60,000 nucleotides of DNA. Origin: Squalus acanthias. Taxonomy: Eukaryota. Made by a program: the position numbers and the translations under genes. Positions 37,431 to 48,934 of this stretch are shown piece after piece (the stretch's first letter is position 1; the number at the start of each line of letters is the position of its first letter). The stretch spans positions 74,526,001 to 74,586,000 of the forward strand of contig CM059432.1 in the NCBI GenBank assembly GCA_030390025.1, read 5' to 3'. The notes under the pieces are model-generated. The model made no database searches. It worked only from the letters and a program-made list of their open reading frames with translations, and was not told where the DNA came from.

Positions 37431-38806
37431 TGTGGAGATGCCGGCGTTGGACTGGGGTGGACAAAAATGAGAAGTCGCACAACACCAGGTTATAGTCCAA
37501 CAGATTTATTTAAAATTACAAGCTTTCGGAGCTATCCTGCCCCTTCTTCAGGTAAAGTTACACTGAGTGAATCTACAAAAGTTCACAATATAAACACAGA
37601 TACTACAGAGAAACAATCTTTCCTTACATCAAAGACACACCAAGAGCACAGCCAAGACAATGAGATGTGACCCAGGGGGTCCAACGTGTCAAATCCTGCT
37701 GTCTGCATATCCTCTCCATATCCCTTCCTCTCTCTCCGTCTTTTTTGGGGTTTGTATTTTGGGTTTGTTTTTTTGTGTTTGTTTTTTTAAAAACTGGAAA
37801 GACAGACAACGATGTCAAGTCACGTTCTGTAGCGTGACATGAACCCGATATCCCTATTGAGGCCGTCCTCATGAGTGCGGAACTTGGCTATCAGTTTCTG
37901 CTCGATGATTTTGCGTTGTCGTGTGTCTCGAAGGCCGCCTTGGAGAACGCTAACCCGCAGATCCGAGGCTGAATGCCCTTGACTGCTGAAGTGTTCCCCG
38001 ACTGGGAGGCAACTATCCTGCCTGGCGATTGTTGCGCGGTGTCCGTTCATACGTTGTCTCAGTGTTTGCATGGTCTCGCCGATGTACCATGCTCTGGGGC
38101 ATCCTTTCCTGCAACGTATCAGGTAGACAACGTTGGCCGAGTCACATGAGTATGTACCATGTACCTGGTGGGTAGTGTCCTCACATGTGATGACGGTATC
38201 TGTGTTGATGATCTGGCATGTCTTGCAGAGGTTGCCGTGGCAGGGTTGTGTGGTGTCGTGGTCGCTGTTCTCCTGACAGCTGGGTAATTTGTTGCGGACG
38301 ATGGTACTTTTGAGGTTAGGCGGCTGCTTGAAGGCGAGTAGTGGAGGCGTGGGGATGGCCTTAGCAAGGTGTTCGTCGTCATCGATGACATGTTGAAGGC
38401 TGCGAAGAACATGGCGTAGTTTCTCCGCTCCGGGGAAGTACTGGACGACGTAGGGTACTCTGTTGGTTGTGTCCCGTGTTCGCCTTCTGAGGAGGTCTAT
38501 GTGGTTTTTCGCCATGGCCCGTCGGAACTGTCGATCGACGAGTCGAGCGTCATATCCCGTTCTTACGAGGGCGTCTTTCAGTGTCCGTAGGTGTCCATCG
38601 CGTTCCTCCTCGTCTGAGCAGATCCTGTGTATTCGCAGGGCTTGTCCATAGGGGATGGCTTCTTTAACGTGGTTAGGGTGGAAGCTGGAGAAGTGGAGCA
38701 TCGTGAGGTTGTCCGTGGGCTTGTGGTAGAGTGAAGTGCTGAGGCGTCCGTCTTTGATGGAGATTCGTGTGTCCAAGAATGAAACCGATTCTGAGGAGTA
38801 GTCCAT
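37431..38806 (-). mobile_element. Penelope-like element (Neptune type), inverted 3' copy: RT thumb, Cys linker, GIY-YIG and 3' UTR
   Basis: ORF 38812-37820 uninterrupted: FLD, YHKPT, IPYGQALR, PCHGNLCKTC, NVVYLIRC...YIGET, RMNGH, VGEHF, EQKLI, GLN. Confidence 0.93.
37516..37555 (-). ncRNA. Minimal type-I hammerhead-ribozyme-like motif (PLE pseudo-LTR)
   Basis: TTAC CTGAAGA A GGGGC AGGATA GCTCC GAAA GC TT GTAA: CUGANGA and GAAA cores, stem II, stem I TTAC/GTAA, palindromic AGCT in place of stem III. Confidence 0.65.
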
Positions 38807-38822
38807 CGTCATACAGAACAGA

Positions 38823-40582
38823 ATGGACTATTGCAAAGAAGCATACCAACAACTGGACAACCAGGAACACTACAGACAGCTACCCGCAGATCCGACCAAA
38901 GAACACACCCGCCAACTCAATAGACTGATCAAGACCTTCGATCCAGACCTTCAAAACATCCTACGCGCTCTCATCCCACGTACTCCCCGCGTAGGAGACT
39001 TTTACTGCCTCCCAAAGATACACAAAGCCAACATACCCGGACGTCCTATCGTATCAGGCAATGGAACCCTGTGTGAGAACCTCTCTGGGTACGTCGAGGG
39101 CATCCTGAAACCCATCGTACAGGGAACCCCCAGCTTCTGTCGCGACACTACAGACTTCTTGCAGAAACTCAGCACCCATGGACCAGTTGAACCAGGAACA
39201 CTCCTCGCCACGATGGACGTATCGGCACTCTACACCAATATCCCCCACGATGACGGCATCGCTGCGACAGCCTCAGTACTCAACACCAACAACAGCCAAT
39301 CTCCAGACGCCATCCTACAACTCATTCGCTTCATCCTTGACCACAATGTCTTCACCTTCGACAACCAGTTTTTTACCCAAACACACGGAACAGCAATGGG
39401 GACCAAATTCGCACCCCAATACGCCAACATCTTCATGCACAAGTTCGAGCAAGACTTCTTTGCTGCACAGGACCTCCAACCAATGCTGTACACCAGCTAC
39501 ATCGACGACATCTTCTTCCTTTGGACCCACGGCGAAGGATCACTGAAAGGACTACACGATAGCATCAACAGGTTCCATCCCACCATCAAACTCACCATGG
39601 ACTACTCCTCAGAATCGGTTTCATTCTTGGACACACGAATCTCCATCAAAGACGGACGCCTCAGCACTTCACTCTACCGCAAGCCCACGGACAACCTCAC
39701 GATGCTCCACTTCTCCAGCTTCCACTCTAACCACGTTAAAGAAGCCATCCCCTATGGACAAGCCCTGCGAATACACAGGATCTGCTCAGACGAGGAGGAA
39801 CGCGATGGACACCTACGGACACTGAAAGACGCCCTCGTAAGAACGGGATATGACGCTCGACTCGTCGATCGACAGTTCCGACGGGCCACAGCGAAAAACC
39901 GCATAGACCTCCTCAGAAGGCGAACACAGGACACAACCAACAGAGTACCCTACGTCGTCCAGTACTTCCCCGGAGTGGAGAAACTACGCCATGTTCTTCG
40001 CAGCCTTCAACATGTCATCGATGACGACGAACACCTTGCTAAGGCCATCCCCACGCCTCCACTACTCGCCTTCAAGCAGCCGCTAACCTCAAAAGTACCA
40101 TCGTCCGCAGCAAATTACCCAGCTGTCAGGAGAACAGCGACCACGACACCACACAACCCTGCCACGGCAACCTCTGCAAGACATGCCAGATCATGAACAC
40201 AGATACCGTCATCACACGTGAGGACACTACCCACCAGGTACATGGTACATACTCATGTGACTCGGCCAACGTTGTCTACCTGATACGTTGCAGGAAAGGA
40301 TGCCCCAGAGCATGGTACATCGGCGAGACCATGCAAACACTGAGACAACGTATGAACGGACACCGCGCAACAATCGCCAGGCAGGATAGTTGCCTCCCAG
40401 TCGGGGAACACTTCAGCAGCCAGGGGCATTCAGCCTCGGATCTGCGGGTTAGCGTTCTCCAAGGCGGCCTTCGAGACACACGACAACGCAAAATCATCGA
40501 GCAGAAACTGATAGCCAAGTTCCGCACTCATGAGGACGGCCTCAATAGGGATATCGGGTTCATGTCACGCTGCAGAACGTGA
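38823..40582 (+). pseudogene. PLE reverse transcriptase/GIY-YIG endonuclease ORF, N-terminally truncated, one 1-bp frameshift near 40083
   Basis: ORFs 38823-40196 and 40193-40582 join if the C present in the left arm (CAGCCGCCTAACC vs CAGCCGCTAACC) is restored. Confidence 0.9.
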
Positions 40583-40835
40583 CTCGACATTGTTGTCTGT
40601 CTTTCCAGTTTTAAAAAAAAAAACACAAAAAAAACAAACCCCAAAAAACAAACCCCCCCAAAAAAACACTGCAGACAGCAGGATTTGACACGTTGGACCC
40701 CCTGTGACACATCTCATTGTCTTGGCTGTGCTCTTGGTGTGTCTTTGATGTAAGGACACCTTCCCTGAAAGATTGTATCTCTGCAGTTTCTGTGTTCATA
40801 TACTGTGAAATATTATAGATTCACTCATTGTAACT

Positions 40836-40873
40836 TTACCTGAGGAAGGGGCGACAGCTCCGAAAGCTTGTAA
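40836..40873 (+). ncRNA. Minimal type-I hammerhead-ribozyme-like motif (PLE pseudo-LTR)
   Basis: TTAC CTGAGGA A GGGGC GACA GCTCC GAAA GC TT GTAA. Confidence 0.65.
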
Positions 40874-42299
40874 TTTTAAATAAATCTGTTGGACTATAAC
40901 CTGGTGTTGTGCGACTTCTCATAACATGATTAGGCAGAGTCAACGTGATTTTCTGAAAGGAAAATTGTGTTTAACAAATTTATTAGAGTTTTTTGAGGAT
41001 GTAACTAGCAGGGTAGATAAAGGGGAACCAGTGGATGTAGTATATTTGAATTTCCAAAAGGCATTCGATAAGGTGCCACATAAAAGGTTATTACACAAGA
41101 TAAGGGCTCATGGGGTTGGGGGTAATATATTAACATGGATAGAGGATTGGTTAATGGACAGAAAACAGAGAGTAGGGATAAATGGGTCATCTCCGGTTGG
41201 CAAGCTGTAACTAGTGGGGTGCCACAAGGATCAGTGATTGGGCCTCAGCTATTTACAATCTGTATTATGACTTAGATGAAGGAACCGAGTGCAATATATC
41301 CATGTTTGCTGATGATACAAAGCTAGGTGGGAAATTAAGCTGTGAGGAGGACACAAAGAGCCTGCAAAGGGATAGACAGGTTAACTCTGGGAAATTCCTC
41401 TCCAACGGCAATCATGTAAGCTCCAGGAAACCACAGTGGCTGGGTGACACCAATCCCAATGATTCATTTACCTCTTATATGTAGAGATGTTTACCATTCA
41501 TTCAGCTCCCTTGTGAATGCTTGCAGCAAATCCATACTCACCACATTTATTAGCAACTTATTCTAGAGTAGATTGCATGGTCAAGTCTATAATGGAGCGT
41601 AAACCCACAACCTGTTAGCTCAGAAGTGAGAATGTTATCAATTGAGGCAAGCTGACACCACCCTCTTTGCCCCTATTCTCTCCACAATCTCCAAGTCTCA
41701 CTATCCTGATTTCTGTTGCTTTTTCTTCCATATAGACCGAGGCTCTGCTACTTCCAGCATACAGTAATACACAACCAGCCCACTCCTGCTACAGAAAGTG
41801 CATTCAAAGTAAGTAGTTTTTCTCAATTGTACTGAAACCCATTATGACATGTGCTATTCCAGACAGTATAAATATGACACATAACTCAGGTTCCATGTCT
41901 TACTGAGAAATAAATCACAAACTAGTTACTCTACATATCTCACTAAACATTCAGCGTTGTGCGTTATGTTACCCAATGACTTAGTAATTTCATCTCTGGT
42001 ATCCCACCAAGTTCTATCCTGTATCCTAAATTTAAATCCATTCTCTTGAAGTAAGTCTGACATTATATCCAGCTATCACCATAAATAGAGTAATATAATA
42101 GGAAATCAGTATTCTTAGCAGTTGTCTGAATATTGTTAAGGTTGAGTTGAGCCCAGGCCAAGTCAAAGTTTTTGGTTAGTCCAAAACTTACGCTAGTCTA
42201 AATGAGGTTACATTTCATAACAAATCAGTGCAGTGATACAGCAATTTATTAATAGCTATATTTTAGGATTTTAACATCTGCAGCCACCAGTAGCATAGT

Positions 42300-43260
42300 G
42301 GTGGAAAGGCATTGAGGAGTCAGGAGGTGAGACACTCACTGCAGAATACCCAACTCTGACCTGCTCTTGCTGCCACAGTATTTATGTGGTTGGTCCAGTT
42401 AAGTTTCTGGTCAATGATGACACCCAAGATGTTGATGGTGGGGGATTCGGCGATGGTAATGCCTTTGAATGTCAAGGGGCGGTGGTTAGACGCTCCCTTG
42501 TTGGATATAGTCATTGCCTGGCACTTGTGTGGCACGAATGTTACTTGTCACCTATCAGCCCAAGCCTGAATTTTGTCCAGGCCTTGCTGCATGCGGGCAT
42601 GGACTGCTTCATTAATGAGGAGTTGTGAATGGAACTGAACACTGGTGCAATCATCAGCGATCATCACTAACTCTGACCTTATGATGGAGGGAACATCATT
42701 GATGAAGCAGCTGAAGATGGTTGGGCCTAGGGCACTGCCCTGAGGAACTCCTGCAGCAATGTCCTGGGGCTGAGATGATTGGCCTCCAACAACCACAACC
42801 ATCTTCCTTTGTGCTAGGTATGACTCCAGCCAGTGGAGAGTTTTCACCATTTACTTCAATTTTACTAGGGCTCCTTGATGCCATACTTTGCCAAATGCTG
42901 CCTTGATGTCAGGGGCAGTCACTCTCACCTCACCTCTGGAATTCAGCTGTTTTGTCCATGTTTGGACTAAGGCTGTAATGAGGTCTGGAGCCAAATGCTG
43001 CCTTGATGTCAGGGGCAGTCACTTTCACCTCACCTCTGGAATTCAGCTGTTTTGTCCATGTTTGGACTAAGGCTGTAATGAGGTCTGGGGCCGAGTGGTC
43101 CTGGCGGAACCCAAACTGAGCATCGGTGAGCAAGTTATTGATGAGTAAGTGTCGCTTGATAGCACTGTCGACGACACCTTCCATCACTTTGCTGATGATT
43201 GAGAGTAGACTGATGGGGCGGTAATTGGCCGGATTGGATTTATCCTTCTTTGTGTGGACA
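42300..43260 (-). mobile_element. RT fragment of the same LINE family as 27043-29625
   Basis: DKSNPANYRPISLLSIISKVME, GVPQGSALGP, IADDC. Contains a 100-bp tandem duplication at 42891-43090. Confidence 0.88.
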
Positions 43261-43263
43261 ATT

Positions 43264-43885
43264 AAGCAGTGGTTGAGGCTAGTGGTGCAGTTGATAGGAT
43301 ATGGCACTTGAAGATGCATTCACTGACCTTGGCCCCTCGAGTGAGATCATTAAACGTCCTCCTGCACTGCATCCATGTTCTTGGAGCTATATGCCTGGCA
43401 ATGACCTCCTCTGCTATCTCTTGCCACTGTCTTCTGAGCATGTGTCTGGAGGGCCTCCGGCCCCACTGAGGGTACAGGGCATGTCTCCTTCTTTCTGCCT
43501 CTTGAACCAAGGCCTCCAGTGCAGCTTGTGAAAATGTTGGTGCCTGCTCTCTCATGGTCAGACATTCTTCACTCTTTCCCAGGTCAAATTCACTTGTACA
43601 AAGACTCCCAGCATCTATTCCAGCCACAATGCACCTCCCCCTTAAGAGATGCAGGCTACCTTTAAGTAGTGCAGGCTAGCTTTAGCCACTCACGATATTG
43701 AGGTTCCCCTGCTGATGCCTACAGCCAATGAACAGTATTGGGGATAGCTGGCTGCATGCAGCAATCATTATAATGAACAGGCAGCACAAAGTTGTCGTGT
43801 TGCCTGCATTACACTGAACAGGTGTGGGTTAATCGTGCATTGCGATCCCTGTGCTGTTTTCGGGGGCTAACCAATTTAACCCCCC
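43264..43885 (-). mobile_element. Terminal fragment of a different Harbinger-like family carrying Myb/SANT exon 1
   Basis: MREQAPTFSQAALEALVQE...WQEIAEEV...RTWMQCRRTFNDL, then donor GTCAGT. Terminus AATTTAACCCC. Confidence 0.7.
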
Positions 43886-43902
43886 TGGTGTTAAAAGACT
43901 CA

Positions 43903-44462
43903 GGTGTCGATTTTAACCCTGAGCGGTATTTAGGTGGGTGGGGATGGGCAAGTGTGAAATGCACTCACTAGCCTAAGTTTGAGACCCCGGGTATTTTAAC
44001 TCTCAGCCTCATCTACATGTGTGGGAGAGGAAGTTCGGGCGTCTGAAGACTGCCGGCCGGCACTACGGGGCGACTTGGCAGCAAGCAGGTAAACCGCGAG
44101 GAGGGGGCTTCTTGTGGGAGCTCTTCTGCTCCTGCCGGCCCCAGAGAGGAAGGTTTTACACTTATGTTGCAGATCCTCTTCTATCTGCAGACAAGCTGAA
44201 TACCTGCTTCAACCTGGCGGGAAAGCCCAGCGGCTTCCCTGCTCAGGCCCAGTTAAAATTGATTTAATAGGACCCCAATTTGCATAAATTTGTGAGGCTT
44301 CCACCTTCATTAGTCGGGTGCCACATTTATCTGCAGAACCCTGCTGGTTTAAAATGACAACGTCGGGAAAGGGTCGATTTACAAGTGAGTAAGTAACCCC
44401 CCTCGTTTTTAACTACACACCCACCTAGTTTCCACTGGGTAGTTCGGGTTATAATCAATCCC
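43903..44462. mobile_element. Decayed Harbinger-type MITE
   Basis: TIR GGTGTCGATTTTAACC vs reverse complement GGGATTGATTATAACC (12/16). TSD TCA. Confidence 0.6.
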
Positions 44463-44551
44463 TCACTGTGCAGTTTCATCCTTCTCTCATTCATAATCAT
44501 TTTATAGGTATTTCATGTATAAAATTTACAAAGCACACAACAGACATCTAA

Positions 44552-45120
44552 GGGACAATTTTAACCCTCTCGCCCAGCAGGAATGTTGCGGCGGAGTGGG
44601 CCAGATGATGGGGCCTTTGTGCCAAGTTCTCAATGCGATCATGCCCTCCACCATTTTTACTTACCTGTCTTCAGTGTCACGTCACAATGACATCATCGGG
44701 ATGCACAGCCATTTTAACTGCAAGCCTGACTATGGCCCGCATATTCTCCGGCCCACCAAAAAAACTGACAGCAGCAAGGATCTAGGCCAAGGGAGGTACT
44801 TTTAAAAAAAAATTCTTAAAGGAGTAAGAGCACTCCCCCTGGTCTCACAAAGATACCTTGGGCCTCCCCTGATCATGGACTTGTCGATCCCCACCCCCAC
44901 CAAAACGACAACTTACCTTGCCCAGGGACAGTTACTGTGAGTCCCCTGCGGTGGCTTGAGCACCCACCAATTTTTACTCTTGCCCACTGGAAGCCGACTT
45001 TGGGAAGGAGTCAGAGTCGGGGCATCCAAATTAGCCCAGGAAGTTAAAAAAACAGTTTGTCCACCCCCCGCTTCAGTTCCCACATCCCCAATTCCCCCCC
45101 ACAAATTAAAATCAGCCATC
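44552..45120. mobile_element. Decayed Harbinger-type MITE
   Basis: GGGACAATTTTAA ... TTAAAATCAGCCATC, flanked by TAA on both sides. Confidence 0.5.
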
Positions 45121-46039
45121 TAAAGCCAGCAAACTGCTCCTGGAATCCTGGTGACAGTGGAATCGTTTGGTTTCTGGTTTGTGTAGCCATCTTTAATTAT
45201 TTTCCTGTGACAAATGATAAGATTAGCTTTGCATGACTGTCTGCTAATCTTAAAGAAGAACTTAACTTTCTTTTTAAAACAGTACTAAATTCTAACAACT
45301 TACTCACCAATGCAGTCCTTTGTCATACAGCTCTCTACCCATATTGTTTTGCTCAGCTCATAGCGTTTCAGTATCCATTCATCCTAGATTGTTTATAGCA
45401 ACATACTTGGTTACTGTTTTGTGATGTATGTTTCTCTCATTACTTTTTAAAAATTAAATGGCAGGAAACATAAGACACATTCTGTTCTGGCATAATCAGG
45501 AACTGTACATTTTTAGAACCTATTTCATTTTTTTCATCTTCCCAAGGCAGTTAGGCTTCATTTATAATTAATATGGATGTAGATGAGCAACAAGACAGAA
45601 GCAGCAGGCAAGGGTAGAGTCAGCTCAGAGGTCACTCTAGTCATATCAACCAGCTTCTTCTGAGTGTCAGGGATTTAACTGATTCCTTCCTGTAGTTCAG
45701 CAGCATTGCTGTGTGTCCTGGATGATGTCAGTGGATAGAATTTATCTTACAATGAATTACCACACACTTTAGATGCTGATCTTAATGAACATCTTAAACT
45801 GTTTGACAGAAGAAGCTGATTTTAAGTGTCACATATTTTCAGCCATCCGATGACCACTTGGGGAAAGGCAATCAGTTGTGTTATGAAGCTAATATTGAAG
45901 TCAATTTTAACAGTTCCTGCCAAGCGGAAAATGGGTGAGAGTAAGTTGGCCGTCTGTTTTACACTCGCCTATTTTTTCTTTTCATTGAAATCAATAGTTT
46001 CTTGTCCAGTTGGAGCAGTTCAAATCGACCCCCATTGAC

Positions 46040-46215
46040 TAGAAAGTCCCAGGTTTGATTCCAGGTTTGTGCTAGTTAGCGGATTTCAGCCAGGGCAGCA
46101 GTTGGCCTCAGCAACCCTGGGTAGCCTGTCAACTATCACTGTCCAGGCTCCTATATGAAGATTGACTACTTGGGCAAAGTACCAGAGAACTATTGGTGCC
46201 CATGAAACCGTACCG
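46040..46215 (+). repeat. Internally deleted copy of the unnamed tRNA-derived SINE
   Basis: AGAAAGTCCCAGGTTTGATTCC...GTGCTAGTTAGC...ATGAAGATTG, like 24560-25020. Confidence 0.5.
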
Positions 46216-47849
46216 CAGCATGAGTCAGTGGTTATGGGAGCACTGGACACAGAGAGAGGATTATGGAACGTGGGGAGGGAAATGTGAGGCGGAAGACCCA
46301 TAGGCCCAGCAGGACTCAGGAGGAAGTTTTGGAGCAGTGTGGATTGCTGGAATCTGGCAGTATTGGGGCTACAGGGTCTGACACTCTAATGGGGCAGAGG
46401 GGCTGCAGGAGGCCTCCTTTCCAACCATCAAGTGCTGATCCACCATGTGTTCCATGTCAGGTACTCCAAACATCACTTTCCCCATCGTCAGCCAGTTCTT
46501 ATCTTTATGTTCTTGCCTTCAAGTATTTCAGTGTAAATGATTTGTTCATTAAAATTAATGGACAGAAAATCATGGGCCAAGGGTGCATGATTTCCTGATA
46601 TGCACTGCTGCTCCTCCCGGTTCCATATTAAAACCACGGGTGTTGGCGGCCACTGTTCGCCCCCTCCCTCCTGATTGCTTCCTTTTCTCTGGACTCACCT
46701 CAGGTCCTTGACCGGCGTCCAAGCTGGTCGAATTTGCTGCCTCCCTCCCCCTGTGAGTTGTCTCTGGGGACGTGAATAAACAAATGAGGCTGGTGGACCA
46801 ATTTGCTGTGGTCTTGCCGCCAAACTCTTTAGGCACTTCACCCGGAATTTGCCCCAATTTGGCGCAATCCAATTTCTAGGCCAATATATTTAATCAAATA
46901 TGATGATTGATTCAATGAAATTGCCACGGTGGCGGAGTGGATCACCTGCTCATTATAGAACTGATTCGATTTTTGTCCTATCGAAATCCCAGGCTACCCT
47001 GTTGAAAATGACCCCCAATCTGTTTTCTAACCAACACGCTGTTATTATTCCCATGTGTATTTTCTGTGAGGAGTTCATATTAGAAAAGCACAATTGTAAT
47101 ATATTTACATAAATGTGCGTCCTATCTGAAAAATTATTCTCCAATTTCTTTCAAAGCCTTGCAGATAAGACAAAATAACTCAGATCCTCACAGGTTGAGG
47201 GACATACCCTTTTACTCTTTAACTCCTGCTGATGAATAAATTGTACACTGGGAAATTCCAGAAAGTGCACATGCTCAGAATGAACAGATGTGATTGAAAC
47301 CTCTCTCAACTAAATATTTAGTCAAAGCCTAGGCTTTTCAGATAGGCTGAGGCCTTCAAGTAAAATCTTTAATAAAGGCATTAAAAGACACAAAAGATAA
47401 TTCGATGGATAAATGTAATCATATTGTTATGAAATATGTATTTTCTGATTTTTAAATTTTGTTTGAACCATTATTCAGAAATTTTAAATTAAAGTTACTG
47501 AGGAAAAAATGGCGAATAAAAAAAATTCAGATGAAGGTTGACAAATCTGCTCCACAACACCACCCAGTGGCCAGAACATGGAACTATAGAGTCACAGGCG
47601 ATTACATTCATAGGAAAATCTTATTAAAATGTGACAGGGCAGGAGTCACCAGATGTGGACAAAATATGGAAAAGCCGATAGACACTGTTGACATAAGCCT
47701 TTTGAATGGAAAGATAAGAGGACATACCATTTTAACAGTATATAAATATCATCTGGAATCCTCTGTCTTAGTCTTTTGGCTCAGTGGATGGCAGTAAGCC
47801 TATTCTTTAAATGCGATTCACCTCTAATCTTCTCATCTCCTCTCCTCAT

Positions 47850-48880
47850 GATGTCAGCATGGCTGTTTGTAGCACTCTGAGTCATGAAGATTGTGGGTTG
47901 AAGCACCTCTACAGGCTTCAGCACAAAATCCAGGTTGACACTTCAGTGCAGTACTGAGGGAGTTCTTCACTATCAGAGATGTTGGGGCCTAAATTCAATA
48001 GTGCCTGATAATGGGTGCGAAAAGATTGCGTGGTGAACTTGTGCGCTAGAAAAGAGAGGCCCGAGGACCGTGCTAAATTCGCCCTTGGGCATTATTACAA
48101 TAAATCCAGCAAGCTGCGGGCACCAATCAAGAGTCCCGATGCAGCGCACTAGCCTGGGCCCTTCAAATTTCGGCCAGCTTGGATGCTGAGCCCGCCCGTG
48201 GGTAAGTCCAGGAGGGGGGGCCACAGTATTAATGTAGAGGCAGGAGGAGCACTCTTGCTCCTCCTGGCCCTATATTAACAGAAGATAAAACACCTTACCT
48301 GCTGGTTTCTCCCACGGCCTCCAGCAGTCCCTTTAAGGATCACTGGTTAAGCCACTGCAAAGCCTGAAAAACAAATCAATTTTGTAAAGATAGGTGCAAA
48401 ACCCTCATTTCAATATTGAATTGAGTTCTGTGCTCATTTCAAGCGGGTGCCACAGCCGCCTAGAAAAAGGCCCTGACAAAGTTAGTGGCAGCCCGAATGC
48501 CTGCACAAATCAGGCATGTCCCTCTGCTAAATTCATCATCATTGCGCCTGTTCCACATCTGTAAAATGGGCATAACAATGTCAAACTTTTGGATGAGGCA
48601 ATAACTCAAAGTCCCATCTGCCTGCTCAGATGGCCATAAAAGATCCCATGGCACGATTCAAATAAGAACAGGGAAGTGTCTTTGGCAATATCCCTCCTTT
48701 AACCAATACTGTACCACCAAATAAACAGATTATCTAGTTATTCATTCATGCTGTTTGTGCGACCTGGTTTTGTGCAAAATGGCTGCCATGTTTGCCTACA
48801 TAACAAATGTAATCCACTGGTTGTAAAGTGCATTGAGACATCCTGAGTATGTGATAAGATGCTATATAAATGCAAGTTAT
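47850..48880 (+). repeat. SacSINE1/DeuSINE-like SINE split by a decayed MITE (~47984-48575)
   Basis: Head and CAGTGCAGTACTGAGGGAG at 47850-47980. Deu-like core and tail GCTATATAAATGCAAG at 48580-48880. Insert begins GGGGCCTAAATT. Confidence 0.7.
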
Positions 48881-48934
48881 CTTTGATTTGCTGATAAATG
48901 CTGAGGTCAGCAGTATTTTGAGAGGGCTCCTAGG

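Larger units (their letters stand above)
38807..40922 (+). mobile_element. Penelope-like element (Neptune type), 5'-truncated: RT + GIY-YIG + 3' UTR
   Basis: FYCLPKIHK, GRPIVS, TMDVSALYTNI, GTAMG, YIDDIF, GIY-YIG. AATAAA at 40879-40884. Confidence 0.95.
35332..41380 (+). mobile_element. Near full-length decayed CR1 LINE interrupted by a MITE and the Penelope palindrome (CR1 parts 35332-36903 and 40923-41380)
   Basis: ORF1 CxxC...CxxC zinc finger/leucine zipper (VCRNCSM, VCSKC, LRVIELESE). APE motifs (LYLNTRSIRNK, AITETW, VYRPPNS, LDLVL, SDH). RT resumes at NMIRQSQ...AFDKVPH...FADDTKL. Confidence 0.85.

Noticed and set aside
37431..40922. DNA transposon with long TIRs, LTR element or pure assembly artefact
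   Set aside because: The arms encode PLE RT thumb and GIY-YIG, there is no transposase or integrase, and the arms differ by substitutions and indels.
45308..45383. Resemblance of RY..S..IWxxxCxxxxCI to IL-17 family or NTR-domain motifs
   Set aside because: Too short, the exon boundary does not fit IL-17 gene structure, and no supporting neighbouring exons.
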